Shown here piece after piece: positions 14,601 to 29,600 of a stretch of 64,000 nt of DNA. Each line of letters starts with the position of its first letter. Position 1 is the first letter of the stretch. The notes beneath the pieces are model-generated. The model saw nothing but the letters and a program-made list of their open reading frames with translations. It did not search any database and was not told the DNA's origin. Both the position numbers and the translations under genes were made by a program. Where the stretch lies: positions 96,288,001-96,352,000 of the forward strand of contig NW_024704743.1 of NCBI RefSeq assembly GCF_018977255.1, read 5' to 3'. The DNA comes from Callorhinchus milii. Lineage: Eukaryota.

Positions 14601-17600
14601 CAGATCGCAGTTTACGTTGTTTTGGTTTAAAGATCTCTGGGCCTTGTTTTAGACTCTCATGATTATTATGTGGAAGATGTAGATCAGTGGTTAGAGCACT
14701 TGCTTTGCAAGTGAGAGATCTGAGTTCAATTCCAGGCAAGGAGAAACCTTGGGCAAGTTTCCTTACTCCACACGCCTAATGATAATCCCTCAAAAAAAAC
14801 AATAATAAATTGGTCATTTTCAATCTACGACTATTTGTGAGACATTGCTGTGCACAATTGGCTGCCGAGTTCGCTCACAAATATGCAGTCAATTCACTTT
14901 ACAGTATATTCTGTGAAGCGCTTTGGGATGTCTAGAAGTCGTGAAAAGCGCTATATCAAATGCAAGGATTATTATCATTATTTTATTATAGTATTCATCA
15001 ATAATTGTGGGTCAATTCCAGTTGACTTCTCCTGTGGGTTTGTTGGTTTCTTTTGTCCTCATCCCTGCTATCAGTAAAGTATCAAAGGAAAGAAAAAGCA
15101 AACTTTTTGTTCAATTTCCCACATGAGTGCTTCCAGATTGCCACCACTGAACAGAAAGGTGTTGGTGATGTGCCGTTGCCTACATCATTTGAATGATTCA
15201 GTGTTCCATCCCATGAGCTTTATTCAGCTGTATGCTCTCTGCCAGGTCACAAAGAGTTGCTATGTGCTTCAAGTGATAAAGAGACAGTAAAGCCTCAGGA
15301 GTATTTTTCTTGTACCTTTACCATATGAAGGCATTAAAGGATCCCGTTACCATTTGGAGTTTTCCTTAGAGAGGCAGCATTCCTTGTTGGGAGGAGCCTC
15401 GTTCCCAGTGACATTTTCCTCATGGTGGCTGCAAGCTAGCACCAGGTCAGAAACACCTCCAATAAAATTTCTGCATCTTTATTGGGACACTTTAAAAATA
15501 AAATGATTATAGTGTTTGGGACAAATGGTGACACAGAGGTATGATTTGCGACATTAAACCATGTGCAAACACATCTATAAAGAGGGAATTAGAGTGCACT
15601 TAATTCTGTAATTAACAGCTAATGAAAAGGATTTACCAACTCACCCGTTCAACTTACAGCACTCTGAGATGCTATTCTACATGAAGGGCACAATATAAAT
15701 GCAAGTTGTTGTTGCTGGTGTTGTTGTCATTAGGTATTACCAGCTGAATTAACAATGCCTGTAATTCCCCTTGGGTTGTTTATCAAGGTCAATGGTTTAT
15801 CATGTTGCAAATTACATCCTGATCTATTGTACATCTGTGACATTGGGGCTTTGCCACTTTAATTAAAGCTTACAGCACCCTTCACATGAGATAGAAAATA
15901 TCCTGTCCTACAATGCAGAGCTCCCAGTGTTCAGCAGTGATGATTTGCCAATGATACTAACAGCTATTATTTCTTTACTTTATGTTTGTTACAAGAGCTT
16001 TTATTTTCTTCCATTGTCTCGCGTGTGGGGGAAGGATCTGTATATATTTCCACAGGTGCCAACAGTCCCTACTATGCTTTGTCTAAACAGCTATGCACGC
16101 TGTGTGAGTTTAGATAGTGAATGTCAGCAAACTATTCTGCTGTGGGGTACAGTATAGCCCCATGCCCAATCTTGGCCTCACTTGACATCGACACACACCC
16201 GCACTTTTCTGCATGGGTGAAAGGTAGGAAATCACTGTTAGTTATCAGAAGCATGAACCCTGCCTGATCTTTCCTCTCTCTAGCCTTAAAGTATTGAAAT
16301 CAATTGTTGTCCCCAACTACAGTCCTGGCTGAGATCGGCTAGTCCAGGACAGATAAGTGGTCAAACCTGGAATTTTTTTCTGCTCTAGTAAAAATAGTAA
16401 TTCTTTCATTTGATCACTTTAAAACAGCTGTGCATTAGAGTATCAGCCGAGACTATGAGCTCAAATTCCTAACATGGTTTGTGTGTCAGCCCGGTGCAGG
16501 TGCAGTGTGTCAGCCTGGCACACCCTCGACTTTGAGTCAGAAGGTTGTGGGTTCAAGCCCCACATAGGGACTTGAATCACTTAGTCTAAGCTGTCACTTC
16601 AATTCAGTTTTGGGGGGTGCCATGGAGTGAGTAACTAATAATATTAGTAATATAATAATAATAATCCCTCACCTCCAGTCAGGAACCTAGGTTCAACCCT
16701 CAACTGTCTTTTCTTTTCTCCCCCACATCCAAGCCATGACCCGCTCTGCCTTCTCTCATCTCCGTAACATCGCCTGACTCCGCCACTACTTCACCCCTCA
16801 GGCCGCTGAAAGTCTTGTTCATGCCTTCATCACCTCCAGGCTCGACTATGCAAACTGCTTGTTGGCCTTCCCAACTCCTCCCTCCACAGGCTGCAGATAA
16901 TCCAGAACTCTCAGCCCGTGTCCTCTCCCGCACCAAACTCGGTGACCCCATCTCCCCCATTCTCGCCCGACTCCACTGGCTCCCTATCCTTCAGAGGATC
17001 CAGTTCAAGATCCTGGTCCTCGTATACAAAGCCCTCCATGGCCTCACCCCACCCTACCTCTGCGACCTCCTAACCCCCTACCAACCCGCCCATTCCCTCC
17101 GACTCTGGCCTGTTCCACGTCCCCCAACCCACCCGCCCCACCAATGGCGGGAGAGCCTTCAGCCACTCTGCCCCCAACCTCTGGAATTCCATCCACCAGT
17201 CACTCTGCCTCGCCCCCTCCGTAGCCTCCTTCAAGTCCCACCTCAAGACCCTCCTCTTCGACCATGCCATCGGCCACCCCCCTTCCCCTCTCCTCCCTTA
17301 CCCCCAGAACCCCAGCTTGGGTCTGAAATGCTGTACTATGTCCAGGGCCTTGGGACTTCCTCCCGACGTGAAAGGCGCTGTATAAATGTAATCTTGTTGT
17401 TGTTGTTGTTGTTGTTGTATTGGTCACTCACTCCATGGCTATTTGTGGGACATTGCTGTGCACAACTGGCTGCCGTGTTTCGGTCCACAAAATGGACAGT
17501 CAATCCATTTTACAGTATATCCTGTGAAGCGCTTTGAGATGTCTCAATGACATGATAAGGTGTTGCATCAAATTAAATGATTATTATGTAACATGAGGGT

Positions 17601-20600
17601 TGAACCCACAATCTACAGACTCAGAAGCAAGAGTGCTACCAATTGAGACAGGTCCTACGGGGGTGGCCATTGGCGTACCTGTACAAGAATATTATTGTCA
17701 ATGTTTACTGATGCTGAAAACTCCTAGGAGTGTGTTGTAGAATAAGAGATCTAGACCCACTGCACACACTGTTACTGACTGCTTCATGTGCCACCAGGTA
17801 TCATCAAACTGCGCAGAAGCCCACTGCCATTGCTGCAAGGACCCCAGTACGTCCTGAACATCACAGCAACAGATGACAACAGCTCAGGGGGTCCCAAGAC
17901 CCTGAGCAGCATCGCTCATGTCATCGTGGGAATCAATGATGTGAATAACAATAAACCAGTCTTTAGAGAGGTAGGCGCCTACTTCCAGAGCAGGGGCTGG
18001 GGAGGTTGAAGAACGGATGCAACTTAATTCTAATGAAATCTCTTGACTTGGAGCAAGATTTCAGATTTCAGTGCAGCTAGAATGAATGTGAATGCTACTG
18101 GAATTAAGTGCTTGGTGCGTCTGGGTGATGTTGCTATAGTAGGAAACATTAGAATTTGATTTTTGAACCAAAACCAAGAGTCCCACGATTGAGACACATT
18201 GAAAGATATGGGGGTGAAAATTACAAGGTGTGAGATGTTAATTATTGCCTGTGATAAAAGTGACCAATGAGGCTAGTTGTTTGAGTGTGGGCATGAGCAC
18301 CCCCTCCTCAACTCTGTCACAATGGTTGGGCCCAAATCCATCACAAGCAGCTATTGGATTTAACAGTTTGTTTTAAAAACACCTTTGAAAAAAGTTTTCA
18401 AATTAAGACCTAATTTAAGAATTTTCCAAAATTTCAATGCTAAGTTAACACAAGGTGGAATTTTGAGCCTTAGGTGATTAGCCTTAATTGGTCCAGACCT
18501 CAGTATCGGTCTCTAAATCTCTACCGCTTCCCTCACTGCACTCACTTTCTCTGTCATGTCAATTTGTCACTCATTTTCTTTCCACATTTGAGCAACAGGT
18601 CACCACAGATAGTCATGCATAGAGAAGCATGTGAGCAGAGAGATTGACAGGCTGGCTATGGGGAGAAATAGGGCAGATACTTGAGGAATGGGCACAGAGA
18701 TCCACAGAGACACAGACCAGAGGCAGTGACTAAACTTTTCATTAACCCCGTACAAAAGAGATTATGTATACATGTAATTTAAAATTAAGAAGATTTAATT
18801 GCATCGCAGAAATATACACAAATATAGTTCTTGCTGCTGATGGGTGAAATATACACATATGTGCATGCCATAGGAATCTGGGGAAGTTGGGAAAAGAGCA
18901 TTATAAACCATCTGGACAGTCTCAAAGTTTCATTTCAAAAAATTGTACACCACTCCATCTCTCACAGCCCACAATAGAATTACTCTCCAAATAGTGAATA
19001 GTTATCCAATAGTGAACATTCCCACTATCTGTAGCCTGTTCCCATAACTCGGGGGCCTAATTCATGTCAGATGAAGCCAACAGATAAAGTTGGTCATTCA
19101 TTTCATGGCCGTTTGTGGGACTTTGCACAAATTGGTTGCTACGTTCATCTACAAATACATGGTCGCTGCACTATACAGTAAAATCCTGTGAAGTGATTGT
19201 TTACCAGTAGGTTGCTGATAATCTGACACCCAATAGTCACATGGATGGGTGGGGGGGGGGGGGGTGGAGTGGAAGGTGAACATGCTTCTTGGCTGCCACA
19301 GAACACTATCAATGGAGGTTGAATTTTGCCACAGTGCAAAATCTTAGGAAAACATGGAACAGGTAGCTTCTGAAGCCTGTCAGCTGTATTTGGTGAACCC
19401 CCCCAGGAGAAATGTGTGAAAATAACAAAACTGCATTCACTTATACCAAGGTCTTTTCAAAATCACAGAAGTTTTTATAGCACAGAAGTGTGTGTGTGTG
19501 CTGGTCCACCAGAGAGCCTTCTGTGTGTTTTCAGCTAACCATGGTCAAGTTTGCTTCTCTGAGTGTATGGTCACTGGGAAACACCAGGTGTGAGCAAAAC
19601 GTCAAATGCAGTGCAGGGATTATTATTTGAATAAATTGATATAATGTCTAATATACACACTTCTCAGAGCTTTCTGCAGTATAGTATTTGTATACCTATG
19701 AGCGAACACAGCAACCAATTTGCACAGCAATGTCTCACAAATAGCATGAAGAGAATTACTAATTTTATCTGGAGGTGTATTGCCAGGAGTATTGTCAGGT
19801 GGACCTTCCTTTTCTTTTCAAATAGTGTTACAGGATCTCCAACAATACAATGATTCCCCAGCCTAGACTATGTGTTGAAAGTCTTAATGTGGGGCTTGAA
19901 CCCATGTTCTCTGACTCAAGCAAGAGTGCTAGCATCCGAGCCAGCTGATACCTACATTTCTATTCCTTGCAGTGTGCCAAGTACAGTGAAGATGCCTATG
20001 TTCTGGAGAACCAACCCCCAGGAACCTTTGTACTGCAAATCGAGGCGTATGATGCTGATCTCGGAGTGAATGGGCAGGTGAAATATGGGTTCATGCTCCG
20101 AGATGGCCTTACTCCAGGTTTTCACATTAATCCTGACACCGGTGAGTCCATTACTCTGTAATGTTTCAAGGCATTGACACAGAAGCAGTTTCTGATTTGC
20201 AAATGAGTTAAAATTGTTCAATTGAAACCAGAATTTTGTGAAATAGAGTTAGTGCAGTAAACCTTTATAGGCAAGATACTTAGGATCAGTTCATCATATT
20301 GCTTCACAGAATTCCTTAATAAGGAATCGCTTTAGAATTCCTGCTGTCCAGTGGGAACTCTGCTCTGAAAGTAGATTGCGTCAGAGTGGGGATACCACAC
20401 ATCAGCCAGATGTACTTCCAGTTGCTGAAGGAGTCAACACTTGCCTGATTTAGATTCCATATTTAAGGAATCCCATTAAAAAATATTGCAAATTAGGCTG
20501 TCGTATCCCTTGTGTGAAAACAATAACACCAACTTCCATGTACCATATTTAATACCCCTTACAAGTAATAATGTCTTGGAACAATAGGGTGTACTTAAAA

Positions 20601-23600
20601 TCCACTTGATTGTAAACAAAATGCCCACTTATTAATAAAGACCATGATATAACAAATTGAGATGATGGCCGAAGGCACAGTCAAAGAAGAAGGTCTTAAG
20701 ACGGGCTTTGAAGGAGGAGAGGGAGTGGGTGAAGCAAAGGGACTTCAACATGGAATTCCAGAAATTGGGGGCAGAAAGGCTGAAAGCGGGTTTGTACGGT
20801 TTTAGAAGGTCCCAGAGGTACGATGGGGCAAGGCAGTGGAGTGATTTAAAAGTGAGGACCAAGATCTTGAACTTGATTCTCCGGGGAATGGGGAGCCAAT
20901 AGAGCCAGGTGAGGATGGGAGTGATAGGCTCGTGGCACCTAGTGCAGAAACTGGTGTACAAACACTCCCTGTTGGTGGGGGCGAGGGGGGGTGCGGGGGC
21001 AGGATTATACAGGTTCTCTCCTGAGTCAAGTTGACTTTATAGTGAGGCAAAGCTGAGCCAACTATGCATGGTGGACTCAGTGATCTAATATCCCACACAG
21101 GCAGGCCTGAGGGATTCCAAAGCACTGCTGATGATTGCTCAACCTGCCTGGCTCATCAATGGGACTTGAAGCATTCAACATGTCACAGGGATTCTTCCCA
21201 CTCGATTCCTGATAACCCTGCAGGCCAGCGCTGTAACACATAGGGTCATCCAAACTAAAAATGAAAGAGGAAGCTTACCAGTGACTTGTACTGGTCAACT
21301 GCATGCTCCTTTAACTGGTTCAATTGCAGCAGTAAATGCTGATTATTTTGTACATGTTTTTCTGCAGGCTCAATAACCACAACCCGCAGTTTTGATCGGG
21401 AGAAGCAGAGGGAATACACTGTGTCAGTGACAGCCACCGATCAGGCTCAGGAGCCCCTGATCAGCATCTGTCAGATAACCATAGTCATTGCCGATGAAAA
21501 CGACAACGACCCCAAGTTTGAGAACAGTCGTTACCAATGTAAGGGTCGAGAGCTGCCTTCAGATAAATGATAGAAAAGAGACATTCTTACTATTATGGTG
21601 GGGGGAATAGCAATGTGACAGTTATCACATTAACCATAATTATAATCTCAAGGTTTTCAACAGCAACCCCCCCAATCCCCCTAACCCCCTTTGTCAGAAT
21701 GATTAAATTAAGATGGTATCTTGTGAAGCAACATTGGCATGATCAGCAACAAGAGGACCAAAGTGTTATTTGGTCCATTGTGTCAGCTTGCCTCAGTTGG
21801 TAGCACTGTTCTTTTGGGTTAGAAGGTATCCCAATATTGGGATTTTAAATTCATGGTTTCGGCTGTCACTCAATGCAGCATCGAAGAAACACCATATTGT
21901 TGGAGTTGCTGTTCTTCGTATGGGATATTAAACCGAGGTCCCCCGTGACTGTTCAAATGGACGATGAAAAAGTTACAACACTATTCAAAAAGAGAAAGGA
22001 ATTTCCCCCAGAGTCCTGGAGTGAACAATCCCCTAATTAAAGTGATCATTCACTTAGTGCCTGTTTGTGGGACGTTGCTGTGTGTAAAATGGCTGATACC
22101 TTCGCCTACAATTACAAAGTCCTGTAGCTCAGTGGTTAGAGCACTCGCTTTGCAAGCGAGAGACCTGAGTTCAATTCCAGGCAGGGCGAAACCTTGGGCA
22201 AGTTTCCTTACTCCACACACCTAATAATAATCCCTCCAAAACAAAGCAATAATAAATTGGTCATTTTCAATCCACGACTGTTTGTGGGACATTGCTGTGC
22301 GCAATTGGCTGCCATGTTTCGCCCACAAATATACGGTCAATTCACTTTACAGCATATTCTGTGAAGCGCTTTGAGACATCGAGAAGACGTGAAAAGCGCT
22401 ATATTAAATTCAAGGACTATTATATTATATTATTATAAAGTAATTAGCCTTAACAGTAACTACTTTGAAGGTTTTTGAGGTGATAAGGCATTATATCAAA
22501 TGCAAGGATTATTATAATTATATAATGGAGCTAGTTCCCCTTTGGAGCTCTCTATTCAGATGAGGTGTTCGTCCTGTTTTTCCTTTTGTTTGGCAACATA
22601 ATATCTATCAAACACTAACTTGTTTCAGGGTTGAGCTGTTCTCTTTGAGTCTATACTGATGTTATTATATTTAAATGAATGTACAGCAGCTAACATGAGG
22701 TGATGCGTGCTGTCATTTTCTGATGTTCTCCAGTGCACATTTTCCAGCAAGAGACCAGCCAGTGCCCGGGGACTCATGCTTTGCAAAATTCATTCAGGAT
22801 CTGAGGATAAAATAGACTTTTTATAGAATCTCTTTTGCTTCCGCATTCAAGTGAATAATATTATGTGCTCTTGTTAATTTTAAGTAACCAACAACATAGG
22901 CAAGCAATTAGAAATTTACAATCTGATGGCTAGGTCGGAGGTCTCAATAATGGTGTTTTCCTTGATAAGGTGTGTTTGGGTGTCAAGTCTATACATTTAT
23001 CGATCTTTGAGAGAATCTGTGCTTCGTTATTTGGTAGAGTTTGAAAAATAATTATTGGGACTAAGTGGGTTACCTGTGTGTCTGGGGCCTGAATTTGGAT
23101 CCATCCAAGACTGATGGAATCAATGCACCCCATGTTTATTGGCTGTAAAGGTCTTGAAAAAAATGGTTTGGATAGTTTCAACTACCTCTAGTCTCCAATG
23201 CCCTTGAGCTCAGTATAAAACTGCCATTCACTAAATTACAATCTTATTTTCTCATTCGATAGCTGATGCAGAAATTTGAAGCGATCAACTAGTCCAATAG
23301 CTCTACTGAGAATTGGGGCTCAGGCACATTGTTAGGAGTTGATGAAACCTTTTGGGGGTTAACCATGGTAAACATGACCTGTCAGTGTTTAATGCAGATG
23401 TTAGGTACACAAGTAGAAAATTGCTTTATTCAGCACCCCTAGTAATATGTAGAGATGATATTTGCAATCGCTGATGTTTTAAGTAACATATTATTGACAA
23501 TTCTGCCCTGCCAATAACTAAATACGTTGATTTGTAAAGGGATGTTTTTGAAAATTGGGAGTAAAGGTGTTGAGTTTGATTAGATTGCTCTGTTCTGCAC

Positions 23601-26600
23601 TAGACTACTTGCGCGAAGATACTCCAGTGGGCACTAGCTTCTTGCGTGCTGCGGCTCATGACGATGACCAGAGCACCAACGCCGTCATCACATATTCCGT
23701 ATCACTCCAACAGCCTGAATACTTCCAGATCAATCCCAGCACAGGCTGGATTTATGTCAACCATCCCATTTCTCAGGTACTGAGTGAGACATGACAACTC
23801 TTGTTAATTAATAGAAGCTGAACAGTTCGAGCTACCCTGATGATCTAGTGGGTAACACCAGTACACAGCACCTGGCCATACAGACCTGCAGCTTATATGT
23901 TCGAACTCTGTTCTGTGCTGTGTTAGTTGTTGGGTACTACAAGTGACCTTATCTCCTTGGGTGGACAAAGGAGGAGTAAATCAGCCTAGGTTCCTCCATT
24001 GGGAAATGGCGACATGCACTTGTGATCACATTTTCCTTTGTGTGCACACAACCAGGTTTAGTAATTTTCCCAACAGAGTGAAAATTCACTTCATAATGTC
24101 ACAAGCCAGATATCTTGAGCGCAACAAAAATATAGCTTAGTGCTCCAGGCGGAAGAATTTGCTTGTGAGTAAATTATTAAAATGTATTTTTTTTATACAT
24201 AATACAAGTGTTCCTTTGTTTAACGCCCCCGCAGTGCAGTGGAATGAAATTATAGCTGTTTTGCAGTGAATTTATCACAGTGAGTTATTACCAATACTAA
24301 GTTTAAAGTGTGTGTCGATGTGGCTTTTAATATCTTTATTGCATAACAAAGTTTCAAGTCTTCTCTGATGCTGCTGCAATTCCGCTTGATCTCTCAGCGA
24401 CGGCTAAATAAAGTGTTCACAATCGAGTGAAACTGGTGGGTGGGGGGTGAAGTTGTAATTTTTTCCAATCAATCAGAACCTGCCTTCAGGTCTGGTGTAA
24501 TGTGATCTATCGATATATTCTGGGGCTTGGATGCATATACCCATGCTAATTAAAATTGTGAGATCTCCAATTTTATTGTTTTTCTTTCCGTTCTAGGTAA
24601 CTCACATCAGTCGCCAAATCCTAGCCACTGATGGAGGCAATCGAAGCAGCAGTGTAGAGCTAACAGTAACAATTACTAACATACATAACCAGCCGCCCCG
24701 GTGGGAACAAGAAGAATATCGGGTAACAATCCCTGAGAGCAGCACCCGGGACCTGAAGATTGTGGTACGTAATATGTGGCAGAATATACAGATCAGGGCA
24801 ACCCCAAAGGAGTGGTTTCTTAGATGTAATGCACGTGTCGCTGGAAAGCTCAGTAACAACAATAACAACTTCAATTTATATATAGTGTCTTTCACGTAGA
24901 ATAATGTTTCAGAGCAATATGGTGTGTTTAAAATAATAATAATACTTGCATTTGGTATAGCGCCTTATCCTGTAGAGTCCTGTAGCTCAGTGGTTAGAGC
25001 ACTTGCCTCACAAGCGAGAGACCTGGGTTCGATTCCCAGCAGGGCGAAACTTTGGACAAGTTTCCTTACTCCACATGCCTAACAATAATCCCTCAAGAAG
25101 AAAAATAATAAATTGGTCATTTCAATCCACAACTGTTTGTGGGACACTGCTGTGCGCAATTGGCTGCCGTAGACATAGGGTTTGAAGGACAGCTGAGGGT
25201 CGAAAAGGACACCGAGGATTCGGATTGGCTTGGTGAAGTGAAGAGTGCAGCTATGAATGGTGAGAGTGTCAGCAGCTGAGGTGAGAAGGCGCTTCCGGGA
25301 GCCAAGCAGGAGGGCCTCTGTCTTGGCAACATTGAGCTGGAGCAAGTTGGCTCTCATTCAGCACTTGACAGACAATTAACCAGGACATCAACGGTCCTGG
25401 AGGTGAGGCTGGAAGTGGCGAGATAGAGTTGGGTGTCATCCTCATACATGTGGAAATTGACCCCATGCCTGTGGATGATATCGCCGAGCGGGAGCAAGTA
25501 TAGATTGACCGAGGGACCCAGGACAGAACCGAGGACAGAGCCCTGAGGGATGCCAGTGTGGGGGCTAAAGGAGAAGCCATTGGTAGCCACAAGGTGCAGA
25601 TGATGGGAAAGGTAGGATTGGAACCAGGCAAGAACAGAACCATTGAGATGGAAGTGAGAGGAGATGCGGTGGAGAAGAATAGAGTTTTGCATTTAGCTGC
25701 GTTTAGAACATTATACATTTTGGGCCCCAAAGCACAATCTATGTGCATTCCTGCTTTTTTTAATTACCATTTTTTAGTATAAAGCAAACACGACAATGGA
25801 ATGATGTTATAACACAGTAGGGAATACAGTAGTTGCATTTGATGTCAGAAGTTAAACACTACCCTGCAGCTGTAAAACACTAGAGGAGAAGACACTCGAA
25901 CTCTAATCATTAAACTACATGCATTTAAAACGTCACATTCCCTGAAGGAAAGATAGAAAACAGAAAGAAAAGTGCAAGTTTATATCCTGTCTTAATTCCT
26001 GGAATATAGCTTTTTAAGATCCCAAGTGAGATCCCAACCTAAAATATTACCAGCGTTAATGCATTTTCCTCTTCCCAACTTTTATTGTTAGACTCATTTT
26101 TGGGGCTGTTTATGCAGATCTCCTGCTGGATGTGTGCATGATGGATGTCAATGGAGTTCAGGGCATCTTCTCCCATTAAACCCATTAAAAATGAACCAAG
26201 GTCTAAAGGGATGTTCCAAGTATCCTCATTAGAAATTAGATAATAACAGCTAGTTTCCTGACTCCTGGTAGCCTGTCCGAAAATGGGAATTCCCGTGTCC
26301 AAGAATAGAGATTCAGCATTGATCCTACCCTCTGTAGTGCAGTGTAGTGAAGCATTTGGGGAATAATTCTGCTGTGTTTTTTAACTGGGTTCCTTGAGTT
26401 GGCAAGATATTCGTAACATGTTTCCGAGTCCTGAAATTCCACCTAGTCTCAGCTTGCAGAAACTATTACAAAGACTATTTTGACATAATATTTAAGATTG
26501 TGCAGAATTGTGGGAAATGCTTAATTCTCAATTGGGAATCTGTCACATGGCTGGTTGTGGGACATTGCTGTGCGCAAATTGACTGCTGTGTATGCCTACA

Positions 26601-29600
26601 AAATGCACAGTCACTACAATTCACAGTAAGTCCTGTGAAATGCATTGTGAAGTCCATCTGACGTAAAAGATGCTGTATCATATGCAAGGATTATTTTGTT
26701 TCACCCACAAAATATACAGTGAATTCACTTGACAGCATCCTGTGAAGCTCTTTGAGACGTCTCAACGACGTGATAAGGCTCTATATCAAATGCAAGGATT
26801 ATTATTATTTATGTATTATTATTAATTTTAATATTAATATCAACTACAGAAAACAGGCTTCCAAATAAGATTGAAATTAAGAATTAAGAATTTAAATTTT
26901 ACGGTACAATGGTCATAAAGACTAATTTCATGAGGAGCCATAAGACATCCTGTAAAATTGTTCCATAGTTGTTTAAAAGGTTGAGTACTGTTACCTCACT
27001 TTCTTTTATTCTCGGACAATAGAATTCTTGTAACAAGACATGTTACAAGAATTCCGAAGCAATTATGTTATTCCTCTTCATAATTACACCTCGGGAGGAT
27101 TCACCTGTACAAAGTGTATCTTACTAAATTAGCGATTTGAACAGCATTTTAAAATTAAAATGATTGTCTTAATGATCTGCTAATTATATGTGATTGCAGA
27201 ATGAACTCATTAATCTGCATAGAAATTAGTTTCTAAACATCGAAAATATTCCTTGTTAAACTAATGAGGTACTTAGAGTGCTTCATGAATCTAATTAGAC
27301 AGTAATATGGCTGTATTTTAAATGAATCATTCTTGGCATATGTAAAGGCCAGAGAATAGCTCAAAACTCCCAAAAGTCAAGGCACAAGAGGAAATGTAGA
27401 AAGACTCGATCATTTATTATTTATTAAATCAGGATGAAATTAACCCTTTTTCTTTAATACATTGACAACCTTTCTGAAATGTTCATATTTTTGCAGTGAC
27501 TATTCATTTTCATTGCAAACATAATTAAAGCACATCCTGTTTCTGGGGCCTGAAATTACACAAATCTTAGTCTGTTAGAACATTTATCTTAAGATTTAAG
27601 ATTGCGCAGAATTGCAGAAAAATTCTTTAATGCAGCCGTAATTTGGAAGACGGTTCTTTTTAAGATCTGTGGAAAACTGGCTCCAAATTAAGACTGAATT
27701 AAAAAGATTTCCACAGTCCATTTCTGCGCAGTGTTATATTTTTAGTGAAAATGGTCTTTTTAGACTCCTACTGGGTGAAATTTTGGGGCTCAACATCTCC
27801 AGACACCATCACAGGTCCAGCCATGAACCCAAAATTCCATCATTTGATGCAGGTTAAAATATTTCAAAGCAATTCAGCGTCTTGTGTAAAGTGTAGTCAC
27901 TGTGTATTTGGAGGCAAAACACAGCAGCCAATTTGAGTTCCCGGTGACTAGCATTCAAAGTGGAACGGAGTTGGGGGGGGTGGGGTCTAGGAGTAATTTC
28001 ATCATGATCGAATAAATAAAGTTCCATGGCCTGTGAAGAGGTTGACTACTGAATTCTACCTCAGAACAAAGGAGCTGTTTATTCCATTTATATAGAATGT
28101 TTCACATAAGGAAATTTCTTAAAGACTTGGTAAAAAGTAGTGAAAAGGGAGACTTAAACGCAATAAATAATAATACTTGTATTTGATATAGGGCCTTACC
28201 ATGTCATTGAGAAGTCTCAAAATGATTCACAGAATATGTTGAAAAGCGAATTGACTGTGTATTAGGAGGTTTTTGAAAGGAAAAAGAGAGGTAACAAGGC
28301 AAAGTGATTTTTGGAATAGAGTTCCAGAGAGCAAGATCCTTGTCATGAATGAGCATAGGGCGAGCAATAAACAGGAGTCAAATGAGCAGAGGGTATGGCA
28401 GGAGAACAGTGCTGAAGAAAACTGCAGAGGTAGGATAGCATTGAAGTGAAGATAACATTGGCCAAGAGTAATGAGCACCTAGCCACTCATCTCAATCCCC
28501 TCATGGTCCAAAACCCTATTAACACTTGTTTGTAGCCACATCTTATACATGAAGAACAGCTACTTTGGCAGGTTACCAGATAGCCATTGCTGCCCGTGGG
28601 AACGGACTGCAGGATAATTCAATGCTGTCAGGGTAGGAAGGGTCGGGGAGAATATTGGAGGATGGAGAAAAAAATCCAACAATTACTGCAACAATGACAA
28701 ATTGCCAAATGGAAAAGATGCTGAAATGAGGTCTGGAACTGGTGTCAAACTGTTCCAATTTTCCATAATCTATCTCTTTGTGAGTGAAAAGTAGATTGTG
28801 ACTGCTTGGATTCATTCAAAAACTACACATATAAAACCACAAGTGCTCTGTAAGCTTATGTGGCAAATAAGTTACTCCACCTTGTCATGTTAAAACATCT
28901 GATGGCACTGCACACCTTGGTGTTAACTCTCTATAGGAAAATGTCACCAAACCGAGTTATTTAGCACATAACAACATTCCACAAACCATGGGATTAATGG
29001 AATTAATGATTAATGGCAAATGTATCTGGAGGGTTGCTGGCCAGCACATTGATAGAAACTCCCATCTCTTTCTGAGTCTCATTGTCCACCTGCGAACAGA
29101 AAGACAGGGCCTTGGTTTAACATCTCATCTGAAAGTGCGCCTTTGCTATGTGTGAACTTTGAGTTTCAGATAACTATTCAACTGTGGGACTAAGCTCAAT
29201 TCTGTCCTCATTTGACACACACATCCAGGATGGCAATGGAGTGTGAACCCGCTCTGATTTTCTCCTGCTGACCCACGAGCTCTGCGCCTCAGAGTACAGT
29301 GCACCTAATACTAATAATGTACTTTCCTCTGGCTATTTCAGACCATCAAAGCTACATCTCCTCTGGGGGACCCACGGGTTACGTACAACCTTGAAGAGGG
29401 TCAGGTTCCCGAGACCAATATGCCTGTCCGGTTCTACCTGAAACCAAACCGTGCCAATGGATCCGCCTCTATTCTAGTGGCAGAACCGCTGGATTTTGAG
29501 GGCACAAAGTTTTTCACACTGAGAGTCCGGGCTCAGAATGTGGCAGCGGTTCCATTAGCCTCGTTCAGCACTATCTACATCAATGTGACAGGTACAGTTT

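Noticed and set aside
19530..19592. Second 5S-like fragment
   Set aside because: Only short matches (gctaa...ggaaacaccaggtg); too degenerate to call by eye.
22118..22190. tRNA gene (also 24975, 40388, 14674)
   Set aside because: The tRNA-like heads run directly into the SINE body and L2-type tail, so they are SINE heads.
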